Shown here: positions 17,664 through 27,395 of the stretch, in pieces
Layout of the letters: every line of letters begins with the position of its first letter
Numbering within the stretch: position 1 is the stretch's first letter
Sequence record: KJ019095.1
Reading direction: 5' to 3' (one strand)
DNA length: 64,000 nt
The notes under the pieces: generated by a model
The model's database searches: none
What the model saw: only the letters and a program-made list of their open reading frames with translations
What the model was told of the DNA's origin: nothing
Program-made: the position numbers and the translations under genes

Positions 17664-19160
17664 ATGGATTTCAACGTAACCGAAGCTGTCGAGCTAATCG
17701 TATTGTTAGCCGAGACAGAACAGCTAACACTACAAGATGCTCTACAGGAGTTCCTATCAGAGACCGAGTTGGACTCTGAAACGGCATCCCATCTAAAGGG
17801 TGCCCTCTTTGAGAAATATTCACTCAGAGAGATGGCGACTGACGCCGTAACAAACGCTATGATGAAAGTGTTTGTTAGTCGTCCAGTAGTAGAAGAGGAA
17901 GTGGAGACTCCTGATGGTAATCTCTACTTTGTAGAGGTTGAATTAGAGGAGGAAGTTCTAGAAGGTTATCTAACCCTAGAAGAAATCCAGAATATGAGAG
18001 TGGATGCTGATGTTCTATCCGTTAAGTTAGTTGATGAAGGTGTTCGTGACACTGACGCCGAGAAAGGAACAGAGGAAAGAAAGAAACGCCTTGAGAAGAA
18101 GCGTGGAATGAAGTTGGACGACCATCCTCAGTATCTGGAAACAGATATGAAGAAGCGTCAGGAGAATAACGAGAAGGCTCGTAAGGATATGGATAAAGTG
18201 AAGGGTCAGAAGAATCCTCACTTCGAAGAGTATGATATTTCTGAAGGTCGCAAAGAAGGTGAGTCTTCTAAAGATTACGCCGATAGAATGACTAAGAAGT
18301 ATTCTGGTGGTAAGTCTAAGTCCTATGATCCCATGAAGGATAAGAACTTCGACCATGACAAGGCAGAAAGAACCCGTGGTTCTATGGAAGAAGGTCTAGA
18401 TGCCGTAGGTGGCGAAGACGCTGACATTAATAACGATAATAAGGTTGATAAGACTGATAAGTATCTACACAATCGTCGTAAGGCTATCGGAAAGGCGATG
18501 AAGAAGGAATCAGCTTGGGCTGAGTATCTAAATCGTAGAGGAATCTCTGAGGAAGTATTCTCTGAAGGTGACCTAATCGACGCAGGTCGTAAGAATGAGG
18601 GAGAACGAAAGGGAAAAAAGATTACCGGGGAGGGTGTTGATAACTCCTCCTCTGTGAAGTTGATGCCCCGTATCGCTGAAGCCGCTATCATCACTGAGAA
18701 GTCAGAGAGTAAGTCACAACAGCGTCTCTTTGGTATGGTAAGAGCAGCTCAGAAGGGTGAGAAACCCGCCTCTGGTAAGGTTGCTGAACTAGCTTCTAAG
18801 GTTGGTAAGAAAGACGTTCTAGACTTCGCTAAGACAAAACACAAGGGTTTGAAAGAGAACTGTTGTGATAAGTGTGGCACTCCTGATTGTACTTGTGATG
18901 AGAAGCCCAAGTCTAAGAAAAAGAAAGCTAAACTAGATGAAGCAGGGATGCCTATTCTAGAGTATTCTAGAAACAACGCTGAAGGTCCTACACCTGAAAT
19001 GATTGATCCTCCAAAGGATGAAGAAGGTAAGAAGGGTGTAAAGAACCCTAAAGGTAAGGCTAAGAGACCTGGTGCAGGTGACAGAAGACCTAACGACGGT
19101 GGTTCCGAACTACCATTCGATATGGGAACCGTACCCGGTGGTGGCGGTTGTGGTTGCTAA
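17664..19160 (+). CDS. highly charged late protein, putative internal head/core protein
   Basis: Late promoter; many L/I-x-E motifs; DUF3008-like segment KSQQRLFGMV...AKTKHKGL. Confidence 0.65.
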   Translation: MDFNVTEAVELIVLLAETEQLTLQDALQEFLSETELDSETASHLKGALFEKYSLREMATDAVTNAMMKVFVSRPVVEEEVETPDGNLYFVEVELEEEVLEGYLTLEEIQNMRVDADVLSVKLVDEGVRDTDAEKGTEERKKRLEKKRGMKLDDHPQYLETDMKKRQENNEKARKDMDKVKGQKNPHFEEYDISEGRKEGESSKDYADRMTKKYSGGKSKSYDPMKDKNFDHDKAERTRGSMEEGLDAVGGEDADINNDNKVDKTDKYLHNRRKAIGKAMKKESAWAEYLNRRGISEEVFSEGDLIDAGRKNEGERKGKKITGEGVDNSSSVKLMPRIAEAAIITEKSESKSQQRLFGMVRAAQKGEKPASGKVAELASKVGKKDVLDFAKTKHKGLKENCCDKCGTPDCTCDEKPKSKKKKAKLDEAGMPILEYSRNNAEGPTPEMIDPPKDEEGKKGVKNPKGKAKRPGAGDRRPNDGGSELPFDMGTVPGGGGCGC

Positions 19161-19186
19161 ATAGTGATGTAGTTTTTAGGTATAAC

Positions 19187-19363
19187 ATGTCAAAAGTAGT
19201 GAGTCTACTCAAGCCAGCACTTCTCTGGTTGCGTGATTCTACCGAAGTGAAGAAGTTAGTAATTGAACTCCTCCAGCGTTACGCTGAGAGTACGAAGACT
19301 GATGTTGATGATTTACTCGTCGCCACAGTCAGTAAAGCACTCCTCCCCGAAGGAGCTGAGTGA
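19187..19363 (+). CDS. small hypothetical protein
   Basis: ORF track; start moved to ATG 19187. Confidence 0.7.
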   Translation: MSKVVSLLKPALLWLRDSTEVKKLVIELLQRYAESTKTDVDDLLVATVSKALLPEGAE

Positions 19364-19536
19364 TGGAGTGTTTGTTGGTGTCCCATACTACGTTTTGGGT
19401 TCTAACAGGCGCGTTACTTCTTTCTGAAGCTATCGGTGAAACCAAATGGATTAAATCCAATGGAATTTTGTCATTCATCTTTGAACTTTTAGAGCATCTA
19501 GCTCGTATAGTCCGAAAGGCACTATATCAACGTTAA
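19363..19536 (+). CDS. 57-aa membrane protein
   Basis: Manual translation MECLLVSHTTFWVLTGALLLSEAIGETKWIKSNGILSF...; coupled start. Confidence 0.6.
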   Translation: MECLLVSHTTFWVLTGALLLSEAIGETKWIKSNGILSFIFELLEHLARIVRKALYQR

Positions 19537-19572
19537 CCTAGAGGGTATTCAAAACCTTCTAGGTTTTTTCTG

Positions 19573-19580
19573 TATAAATA
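19573..19580 (+). promoter_or_regulatory. T4-type late promoter
   Basis: TATAAATA. Confidence 0.8.
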
Positions 19581-19615
19581 AAACTACCGGATATTCACAC
19601 TAAAGGAATCAACAA

Positions 19616-20422
19616 ATGGCACTCTGGGGAAACAAAGACAATTTACAAGGTCCAACTCCAGTTACTATTGTCGGCACAGCAACCTCCGAGTTTTGGACTG
19701 CTGCCGCAACTGGAATTGGCACCATCGCAACAGGAACCACTATCGTATTGGGAGACGGTGGTTCAGCAGGTTTTGCAGTCATCGAAGCAAGTCTAGGGGC
19801 AGACCTAGTAAAGGTTAACCACCTATCAGCACTTGCTGGAGCTAACGCGGCTGTATATTCACTACAACCCATCTCACTCAAGAACGATCCTGGTTATGCT
19901 CCTACTTCAGCCGATGGCTCACTAGGACGTACTCAGAGACCAGTTGGTTTGAGTTCTGCAAACATGACAGCATCAGCTGGAACTGTGTGGGAAGCTGATC
20001 ACAGTGGTTGGGTTGGAGTTACAACCTACATGGACAACTCAGCAACACCTCCAGTGATGCGTGTTAAGAAGGAAGTTCTAGTCGCTATGTCTGGTATTCA
20101 GACTGGTGGACGTGAGTATCCTGGTATGTTCAGTAACGCAGCTGCCGCAGTTGTTATTGGTGCAGCATCCGTAAGTGGTTCTGCCACACCTGTAGCACTC
20201 ACACCATCAGCATATACAGTATCTACTGCTTCAGCAACCGCTGGTGACCTAACCTATGTTTGGTCTACTAACGATGGTTCTGCTACAATTACTGGTGGCA
20301 CTACAACTACCGCTAACATTGGATTCAGTACAGCTGGTAGCTACAACGTTACTTGTACAGTTTCTTCTGCAACTGCCTCTGATTCACCATCAGCAGACAC
20401 ACTTGCAGTAGTCGCTAGCTGA
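19616..20422 (+). CDS. virion structural protein with C-terminal PKD/Ig-like domain
   Basis: Late promoter; MALWG start; LTYVWS...GSYNVTCTVS beta-sandwich pattern. Confidence 0.7.
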   Translation: MALWGNKDNLQGPTPVTIVGTATSEFWTAAATGIGTIATGTTIVLGDGGSAGFAVIEASLGADLVKVNHLSALAGANAAVYSLQPISLKNDPGYAPTSADGSLGRTQRPVGLSSANMTASAGTVWEADHSGWVGVTTYMDNSATPPVMRVKKEVLVAMSGIQTGGREYPGMFSNAAAAVVIGAASVSGSATPVALTPSAYTVSTASATAGDLTYVWSTNDGSATITGGTTTTANIGFSTAGSYNVTCTVSSATASDSPSADTLAVVAS

Positions 20423-20438
20423 TAACCAAGAGTAAGAG

Positions 20439-20822
20439 ATGAGATTTGACGAACTAAATGATGATAATTATCTCTTGTTTGCTATCAAGTTTTACGAGAA
20501 TCCTCACGCGGTAACCCGTGATGATTTTGAGGATGATCTTAAGAAGATTAAGTATGTTAAACGTCTATTGAGACGTTATAGGAATATGGGTGTGTTAAAA
20601 ACGCACCTCATACTTAATCACTTGATTGTATTATTTAATGTATTCGGGGATGCTGCCGTTCCCCTCCTGTTCTATAACATAGAAAAGGACCTATGGCCAG
20701 CACTGAAGGGGTTCCTTGTGTTTATGCACAAACTTCCTGAGTTTCCTAGGACACTTATGGATGAGGTTCCCTTAGACGAATATTGCCTAGAACAACTGGA
20801 GAACATAGATGAGTCATCCTAA
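20439..20822 (+). CDS. conserved T4-like hypothetical protein
   Basis: ELNDDNYLLFAIKFY...HLILNHLIVLFNVFG; usual position upstream of primase. Confidence 0.8.
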   Translation: MRFDELNDDNYLLFAIKFYENPHAVTRDDFEDDLKKIKYVKRLLRRYRNMGVLKTHLILNHLIVLFNVFGDAAVPLLFYNIEKDLWPALKGFLVFMHKLPEFPRTLMDEVPLDEYCLEQLENIDESS

Positions 20823-20994
20823 ACTAGATATTCTAATAGAAGCCTTCAGGAAACTGAGGGAAGACGCAGGGATGACTGTAGGTGGTGGTAACATTGCCGG
20901 TATGCCTCCAGAAGATACTGATCCCCCTGTGGATCTAAAGAAGAAAAAGAAGAAGGTATTATCTACCTTCCGTAGAAGTTTACCCAACCAGTAG
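20809..20994 (+). CDS. hypothetical protein
   Basis: ORF track. Confidence 0.7.
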   Translation: MSHPKLDILIEAFRKLREDAGMTVGGGNIAGMPPEDTDPPVDLKKKKKKVLSTFRRSLPNQ

Positions 20995-21001
20995 GAAGTT
21001 T

Positions 21002-21388
21002 ATGTTCCAGAGGAATGACAATGTGAAATTGGCAGTCCTTGAGGAGAAACTAAGCACAGCAACTGATGTTATCTCCAAACTCGATGAGAATATCGAGCAA
21101 CTTAGTCATCTTAGTGTCAATGTCAGCAAGATGCTAGCTGTCCACGAGGAAAAGCTAGAGGTTTCTAGGGAAGTTTCTCTGGAAACTGAAAAGGAATTAG
21201 GAGAACTATCGGATAGATTAGACGAAAAGTATAATTGTCTATCCAGAAGACTCTCTGTTTTGGAACGCAGAGTCTGGATGGCTGCAGGTGCCTTTGCTAT
21301 TATAGGTATCTGTCTTCAAATTGGTATTATAGAGGGTGTTTCATTATCCCAAAAGTCTGTTATAATGGAGGTGTCCCCGACTGAGTGA
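21002..21388 (+). CDS. coiled-coil protein with C-terminal TM helix
   Basis: Heptad pattern followed by WMAAGAFAIIGICL. Confidence 0.75.
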   Translation: MFQRNDNVKLAVLEEKLSTATDVISKLDENIEQLSHLSVNVSKMLAVHEEKLEVSREVSLETEKELGELSDRLDEKYNCLSRRLSVLERRVWMAAGAFAIIGICLQIGIIEGVSLSQKSVIMEVSPTE

Positions 21389-21395
21389 ATACTGA

Positions 21396-22376
21396 ATGGA
21401 TTTTGTTGATTCCAAGTTCATAAGTCTAGTATCCTCTCGCTTAGAGAAGTTCAAACAGAAGAAGTCTGACCTGTATAACTGCAGGTGTCCCATTTGTGGA
21501 GACTCTTCTAGGAACCGAACTAAAGCGAGGGGATATATTTATGCAGTGAAACAAAATACAAACTACAAATGCCACAACTGTGGTGTGAGTATGTCATTCT
21601 CTAACTTCCTGAAGGAGATAGATCCAGTATTACATAAGCAATATGTCTTTGAGAAGTTCAAGGGAAAGAACTCTACGCCCATCAAGAACGTTAAGTCAGT
21701 TCTGGATAAGTTTTCCTACGAACCCAAGTTCAAGAAGAAGACAAAGATTGATTTGCCCTCCGCCTTTGATGTAAAACTATCTAAGGAGTATCTGGATAAC
21801 AGAAAGATTACCTCTGGGGAGTTTTATTACACAGATAACTTCAAAGAGTTTGTGAATGTAATCAAACCAAGAACGTTTGATGACGAACGTGGGGGACCTA
21901 GAATTGTAATTCCCCTGTATGACAGGGATGGTGTATTGTTTGGGTTACAGGGAAGATCTCTTCTCCCCAGTAAGGTTAAATACATCACAATCATCCTTGA
22001 TGAAGACCAACCAAAAGTGTATGGTTTGGAGAAAATAGACCCCACACAGAGGGTTTATCTAGTGGAAGGTCCTTTCGATTCCACATTCATAAATAACTCA
22101 CTCGCTATGTGTGGTGCTGATGTAGTATTAGATACACTGGGACTACAAGAACTAGTATATGTGTACGATAACGAACCTCGTAACAGGGAGATCTGCAATA
22201 GGATCAATAAAGTTATCGATCAGGGTAAGAAGGTTGTTATTTTCCCCACAAATATAGAACAAAAGGACATCAATGATATGATCTTAGCAGGGCATGATAT
22301 AATGACTGTATTGGGATCCAATGTCTACCAAGGACTAACTGCTAAAATTAAGTATAACGAATGGAAAAGATTATGA
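21396..22376 (+). CDS. gp61: DNA primase gp61
   Basis: CPICGD...CHNC zinc finger; TOPRIM VEGPFDS, DNE, KDIND. Confidence 0.96.
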   Translation: MDFVDSKFISLVSSRLEKFKQKKSDLYNCRCPICGDSSRNRTKARGYIYAVKQNTNYKCHNCGVSMSFSNFLKEIDPVLHKQYVFEKFKGKNSTPIKNVKSVLDKFSYEPKFKKKTKIDLPSAFDVKLSKEYLDNRKITSGEFYYTDNFKEFVNVIKPRTFDDERGGPRIVIPLYDRDGVLFGLQGRSLLPSKVKYITIILDEDQPKVYGLEKIDPTQRVYLVEGPFDSTFINNSLAMCGADVVLDTLGLQELVYVYDNEPRNREICNRINKVIDQGKKVVIFPTNIEQKDINDMILAGHDIMTVLGSNVYQGLTAKIKYNEWKRL

Positions 22377-24673
22377 ATTCTGTGATCAGTGTTGTTAAGA
22401 GGTCTGGTGACAAGGAAGTACTTGACATTAACAAACTTCACGTAATGGTCGAGGCTGCTTGTGACGATCTATCTGGAGTCTCTGCCTCACAGGTAGAGAT
22501 GAACTCAAATATTCAGTTCTATGATGGAATTACAACTGATGCAATTCAGGAAATTCTTATTAAGAGTGCTTCTGATTTGATTGATCTTGATCACCCAAAC
22601 TATCAGTTTGTTGCTGCTAGGTTGTTGTTGTTTGCTGTACGCAAACAGGTTTTTGATCGGATGCATGAACTACCTGATGTTAAGTCGCATGTTAGGAAGT
22701 GTGTAGACGCAGGTGTTTATGATGCCGAAATCTTTGATCTCTATAGTGACGAAGAGTTTGCTGAGTTTGATAAGATTATCAATCACGACAGGGACTATAT
22801 CTTCACCTTTGCTGGTCTCCGTCAGGTGGTAGATAAGTATTTGGTTCAGGATAGGACCAATAATAAGATGTATGAAACACCTCAGTTCATGTATCTCCTT
22901 ATCGCCGCTACTATCTTCTCTCAGTATNCNAGAGANACANGAATGTCCTATGTGAAACGTTACTATGACGCAATCTCAAAGCACCGCATCAATATTCCAA
23001 CGCCTATTATGGCAGGCGTTAGAACGCCCCTTAGGCAGTTCGCTAGCTGCGTTCTTATTGATTCCGACGACAGTCTCGATTCTATCTTTAGTTCTGATAT
23101 GGCTATTGGCAGATATGTTGCGCAAAGAGCTGGAATCGGGATCAACGCTGGTAGAATCCGTGGACTCAACAGTAAGATCCGTGGTGGAGAGGTCAGTCAT
23201 ACAGGGGTAATTCCTTTCCTTAAGAAGTTTGAAACTACCGTTAGGTGTTGTACCCAGAACGGTATCAGGGGAGGTTCGGCAACAGTTCACTTCCCTATCT
23301 GGCACCAAGAGATCGAAGATATCATGGTGTTGAAGAATAACAAGGGTACAGAAGACAACCGAGTGAGGAAACTTGACTACTCCATCCAACTATCAAAGAT
23401 TTTCTACGAGCGTTTCATCCAGAATGGAGAGATTAGCTTGTTCTCACCGCATGACGTACCAGGTTTGTATGATGCTTTTGGTACTGATGACTTTGACACT
23501 CTATATCGGATGCATGAACTCAATGATGCTGTTCCAAGAACGACACACAAAGCACAAGAGTTAATCATGGATCTCTTGAAGGAGAGATCTGAGACTGGTC
23601 GTATCTACTTAATGAATATCGATCATTGTAACTCCCACTCGTCCTTCTTGGATAAGGTGGAGATGTCCAACCTCTGTCAGGAGATTACACTACCTACAAG
23701 ACCCCTAAACCATATCGATGATACCGAAGGTGAGATTGCTCTCTGTATCCTCTCTGCGTTGAACGTAGGTAAGTTACGCAACCTAGAAGAGATGGAGGAG
23801 CTATGTGACTTGGCAATTCGTGGTTTAGATGAACTCATTGACTTCCAGAACTACCCCATCAAGGCAGCTGAAATTGCCACTAAGAATCGTAGGTCTCTAG
23901 GTGTTGGTTACATTGGGTTGGCACACTACCTAGCGAAACATAGAGTTGGGTATAATGATCAGGAAGCATTCCAATTGGTTCATGATCTAACTGAACACTT
24001 CCAGTACTATCTAATCAAGGCAACAACTAATCTCGCCAAAGAGAAAGGAGCTTGTGGTTGGTCTGATCGTACTAAGTATAGTCAGGGTATTCTACCTATT
24101 GACACATACAAGAGTGATGTGGATGAGATTGTTCCTAACGTTCTCACACTAGACTGGGAAGCTCTACGAGCCGATTGTCTGAAGTATGGAGTCCGTAACT
24201 CCACTCTATCCGCACAGATGCCCTCTGAGTCCTCCTCAGTCGTCTGTAACGCCACTAACGGTATCGAACCACCCAGAGGGTTCCTATCGGTGAAGAAGTC
24301 CAAGAAGGGAACCCTGAAACAGATTGTTCCTTCCTATCCATACCTCAAGCAGTTCTACACTCTCCTATGGGAAATGGGTAGTAACGAGGGATACATCAAG
24401 ATTGTGGCTGTGATGCAGAAGTTCTTTGACCAGGCTATCTCTGGGAACTGGTCTTACAACCCTAAGGACTACCCAAATAATGAGGTTCCAATGAGTGAGA
24501 TGGTCAAAGATTGGCTCACTACATATAAGTACGGTTGGAAGACTTCTTACTACCAAAACACATATGATATGTCCACCGATACTGGGGAATCTGACACCAA
24601 AGAAGAACTAGAAACATTACTGTCACAGATCGAACTCCTCGAAGATGACGACTGTGACAGTTGCAAAATCTAA
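22373..24673 (+). CDS. nrdA: ribonucleotide reductase class Ia alpha subunit
   Basis: ATP cone VVKRSG, FASCVL, SNLCQEI, AQMPSESSS, C-terminal CDSCKI. Confidence 0.97.
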   Translation: MNSVISVVKRSGDKEVLDINKLHVMVEAACDDLSGVSASQVEMNSNIQFYDGITTDAIQEILIKSASDLIDLDHPNYQFVAARLLLFAVRKQVFDRMHELPDVKSHVRKCVDAGVYDAEIFDLYSDEEFAEFDKIINHDRDYIFTFAGLRQVVDKYLVQDRTNNKMYETPQFMYLLIAATIFSQYXRXTXMSYVKRYYDAISKHRINIPTPIMAGVRTPLRQFASCVLIDSDDSLDSIFSSDMAIGRYVAQRAGIGINAGRIRGLNSKIRGGEVSHTGVIPFLKKFETTVRCCTQNGIRGGSATVHFPIWHQEIEDIMVLKNNKGTEDNRVRKLDYSIQLSKIFYERFIQNGEISLFSPHDVPGLYDAFGTDDFDTLYRMHELNDAVPRTTHKAQELIMDLLKERSETGRIYLMNIDHCNSHSSFLDKVEMSNLCQEITLPTRPLNHIDDTEGEIALCILSALNVGKLRNLEEMEELCDLAIRGLDELIDFQNYPIKAAEIATKNRRSLGVGYIGLAHYLAKHRVGYNDQEAFQLVHDLTEHFQYYLIKATTNLAKEKGACGWSDRTKYSQGILPIDTYKSDVDEIVPNVLTLDWEALRADCLKYGVRNSTLSAQMPSESSSVVCNATNGIEPPRGFLSVKKSKKGTLKQIVPSYPYLKQFYTLLWEMGSNEGYIKIVAVMQKFFDQAISGNWSYNPKDYPNNEVPMSEMVKDWLTTYKYGWKTSYYQNTYDMSTDTGESDTKEELETLLSQIELLEDDDCDSCKI

Positions 24674-24730
24674 TCCATAACGTGATATAATAGGATCACT
24701 ACTTAAACCATAAACTAACTCTCACCAACT

Positions 24731-25897
24731 ATGAAGTTTCTAACAAATACAGGAAATATTGAAGGAATGACCGTGTTTAATCAGAATGAAGTTGATGCTA
24801 AGACCCAACCAATGTTTTTTGGTAAGCCTCTGGGGATACAACGTTATGATACCTTCAAGTATCCTATCTTTGAGAAGCTAACTCAACAACAACTAGGATA
24901 CTTCTGGAAACCTGAGGAGATCTCTCTCCAGAAGGATAGATCTGACTATCAGAAGCTACGTCCAGAACAGAAACACATCTTCACTTCTAACCTGAAGTAT
25001 CAGATTCTTCTAGATTCTGTACAGGGTCGCGGTCCTGGTATGGCTTTTGCTCCTTATTGCTCTCTCCCAGAACTAGAGGGTTGTCTAAAGGCTTGGGAGT
25101 TTATGGAGATGATTCATAGTCGGTCATATACTCATATCATCAAGAACCTATACCCAGATCCTTCTGAAGTATTTGATACTATTCTGACAGATGAAAAGAT
25201 CCTTGAGCGAGCAAAGACGGTTACAGCGGCTTATAACGAATTCATTAATGCCGCTCACGAATACGACAACGGCAACACATGGCAACACGCAAATGAAGAC
25301 GTACCTGCGGCTCTTATCAACCGTTATGACCTTAAGCGTAAGCTTTACCGTGCTATGGCTAACGTTAATATCCTAGAGGGTATTCGTTTCTATGTTTCCT
25401 TTGCCTGTTCTTTCGCCTTTGGTGAGTTGAAGCAGATGGAGGCATCAGCCAAGATCATTTCACTCATTGCCCGTGACGAATCACAACACCTAGTTATCAG
25501 TCAGAACATTCTGAAGAACTGGAGGAATGGTGATGATCCTGATATGATCAAGATTGCTGAGGAACAGAAGCCTTGGTTGATTGAAACCTTCAAGTTGGCA
25601 GTGGATCAGGAGAAAGCCTGGGCGGAATACCTCTTTAAAGATGGTTCTATGATTGGTTTGAACGAGAAACTACTAGGAAACTATGTTGAGTGGATTGCTA
25701 ACCGTCGTATGAAGGCTGTTGGTCTAGAACCCATCTACGATATCGCAGCTAAGAACAACCCCCTCCCCTGGACAGAACACTGGTTGAACTCCAAGAGTGT
25801 TCAGGTTGCCCCTCAGGAGACTGAGATTACCTCCTATATCGTTGGTAATGTGAACCAGGATGTGAAATCAGATCAGTTTGCTAACTTCTCCCTATAA
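24731..25897 (+). CDS. nrdB: ribonucleotide reductase class Ia beta subunit
   Basis: WKPEE, EMIHSRSY, LEGIRFY, RDESQH, APQETE. Confidence 0.97.
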   Translation: MKFLTNTGNIEGMTVFNQNEVDAKTQPMFFGKPLGIQRYDTFKYPIFEKLTQQQLGYFWKPEEISLQKDRSDYQKLRPEQKHIFTSNLKYQILLDSVQGRGPGMAFAPYCSLPELEGCLKAWEFMEMIHSRSYTHIIKNLYPDPSEVFDTILTDEKILERAKTVTAAYNEFINAAHEYDNGNTWQHANEDVPAALINRYDLKRKLYRAMANVNILEGIRFYVSFACSFAFGELKQMEASAKIISLIARDESQHLVISQNILKNWRNGDDPDMIKIAEEQKPWLIETFKLAVDQEKAWAEYLFKDGSMIGLNEKLLGNYVEWIANRRMKAVGLEPIYDIAAKNNPLPWTEHWLNSKSVQVAPQETEITSYIVGNVNQDVKSDQFANFSL

Positions 25898-25902
25898 TTT
25901 GA

Positions 25903-26544
25903 ATGGAACTATATTATGAAAAGTTAGATAAGAATCTCTATGTATTAGATGATTTCTTTACTATGGATGAATTCATGCCGTTACATGATGAACTACACGG
26001 CATGTACCATACTTTTTTGAGAAAGAGGGAGAGATATACGGGTGGTGAAAACCCATATTGGTTTGCACTCAGTAAGAATAATACTCCAAATTCATCACCA
26101 AATAACGGACTCGGGGAAAATATGGTTTTCCTCGATAGAGCCACAAAGATAAGATGGGCAATAAACAAAATACTGAGACCTGATTTCTCCTTTTACCTGA
26201 AGAGAATCAATACTAACCTGCAATGGAAGTTTCAGGATTCATCTTTCCATTTAGATTCGTATAGTAATGAACTAGACGAGAAATACTGGGGTTGGACTTT
26301 CCTCGCCTGCACCCAAACGGATTGGGATTATGAGTGGGGAGGTGAGTTTGTGTGTCAGGTTGCAGACAGAACCTACAAAAACATCTCATATTCACCAAAT
26401 AGGTGTATACTATTCAATGGGGATTGTTCCCATAGGGGAGCTGCCCCCAATATCTTTGCACGGGATGTTAGAACTACCGTAGCTTGGACATTTGTATCTG
26501 TGGACGCACATATAACCCCCGATGCAACTAGCCATATTTCCTAG
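25903..26544 (+). CDS. 2OG-Fe(II) oxygenase
   Basis: FHLD, WGGEF, PNRCILF...HRG...R. Confidence 0.85.
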   Translation: MELYYEKLDKNLYVLDDFFTMDEFMPLHDELHGMYHTFLRKRERYTGGENPYWFALSKNNTPNSSPNNGLGENMVFLDRATKIRWAINKILRPDFSFYLKRINTNLQWKFQDSSFHLDSYSNELDEKYWGWTFLACTQTDWDYEWGGEFVCQVADRTYKNISYSPNRCILFNGDCSHRGAAPNIFARDVRTTVAWTFVSVDAHITPDATSHIS

Positions 26545-26591
26545 ATAGTCACGTCACATGATAGAATGACGTATATCACTAGGAGGATGTC

Positions 26592-26807
26592 ATGTCGAGT
26601 GAACCATTTCTTGAATGGATGGTGAAGCCGCCCATTTCAGATGAAGAGTTGATGTTGATTTGCCTAAAGAATGCCCCGTGTGGTACGAATAGGAAGCAAG
26701 CAATGAAATTGATCAGAGTATTGGAAGTAAAGTTGGCGGAACCTACGGGATTTGCTAATATATTTCCACAACCCAAACCAGGTGGGGAGTCTGATTATGC
26801 TGGGTAA
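26592..26807 (+). CDS. hypothetical protein
   Basis: ORF track; AGGAGG SD. Confidence 0.75.
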   Translation: MSSEPFLEWMVKPPISDEELMLICLKNAPCGTNRKQAMKLIRVLEVKLAEPTGFANIFPQPKPGGESDYAG

Positions 26808-26925
26808 TGTTTTACTTTGGATATCAATTCCCTTTGTAGTTTCTACCATATTCTTTGGTATCTACAGAGGTGAAAATTATTATTATGAGAGTAGTGACTA
26901 TGATGGAAATGGAACATCGCATTAA
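26797..26925 (+). CDS. ndhP: NdhP-like NDH-1L small subunit (42 aa)
   Basis: MLGNVLLWISIPFVVSTIFFGIYRGENYYYESSDYDGNGTSH: one TM helix plus FFG...Y..GNGxxH tail as in cyanobacterial NdhP (recalled). Confidence 0.8.
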   Translation: MLGNVLLWISIPFVVSTIFFGIYRGENYYYESSDYDGNGTSH

Positions 26926-27118
26926 GATGCGTTACGAATTCGCTATGAGTTCGTTCGCTAGAATGTACGGAGTGAGAGCTGTTTCTGGATCAGGGCACCA
27001 TGTCAAATTCTGCAAAAGGTGGGCAGATACTAGTGTTGAGGAAGCTCCTAATGGAACTCTAACTGAAGTTGATTTCTACTTCAGGGATTTGTGGGACATT
27101 TGGGGGGAGTATATATAA
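26900..27118 (+). CDS. conserved cyanophage hypothetical protein
   Basis: ORF track; start moved to ATG 26900. Confidence 0.7.
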   Translation: MMEMEHRIKMRYEFAMSSFARMYGVRAVSGSGHHVKFCKRWADTSVEEAPNGTLTEVDFYFRDLWDIWGEYI

Positions 27119-27201
27119 TGAGAACATATATTCCAGCGTTTTTCATACTAACCTTTGTGATAGTATTTGTTACTTGGGGATTGAATAACGCCTACCCATA
27201 A
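27118..27201 (+). CDS. 27-aa TM peptide resembling the NdhQ C-terminal helix
   Basis: MRTYIPAFFILTFVIVFVTWGLNNAYP; GGGGAG SD; coupled to the upstream stop. Confidence 0.6.
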   Translation: MRTYIPAFFILTFVIVFVTWGLNNAYP

Positions 27202-27209
27202 AATTACAT

Positions 27210-27353
27210 ATGATTGCTTCGTATAAGAAACTCGAAACGGAAAACTTCATGTTACGTTTGGAAGTCGAGAGACTACGAATGGCACTACAAGAGACCCAAA
27301 ACGAGTGGTCACACCCAGAGTCTTGTGTTAGAAAACAAAGTCTCTGGAAATAG
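27210..27353 (+). CDS. 47-aa hypothetical coiled-coil peptide
   Basis: Manual translation; ends just before the terminator. Confidence 0.6.
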   Translation: MIASYKKLETENFMLRLEVERLRMALQETQNEWSHPESCVRKQSLWK

Positions 27354-27357
27354 GTTA

Positions 27358-27395
27358 GGGGGGTGGTTGCCACCTCCCTTTTTTTGTGCTATAAT
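27358..27395 (+). terminator. intrinsic terminator overlapping a sigma70 promoter
   Basis: GGG..GGTGG/CCACCTCCC stem plus T7; TTGCCA-17 bp-TATAAT embedded. Confidence 0.75.

Noticed and set aside
22373-25897. Introns or inteins in nrdA/nrdB
   Set aside because: Both are continuous and of normal length
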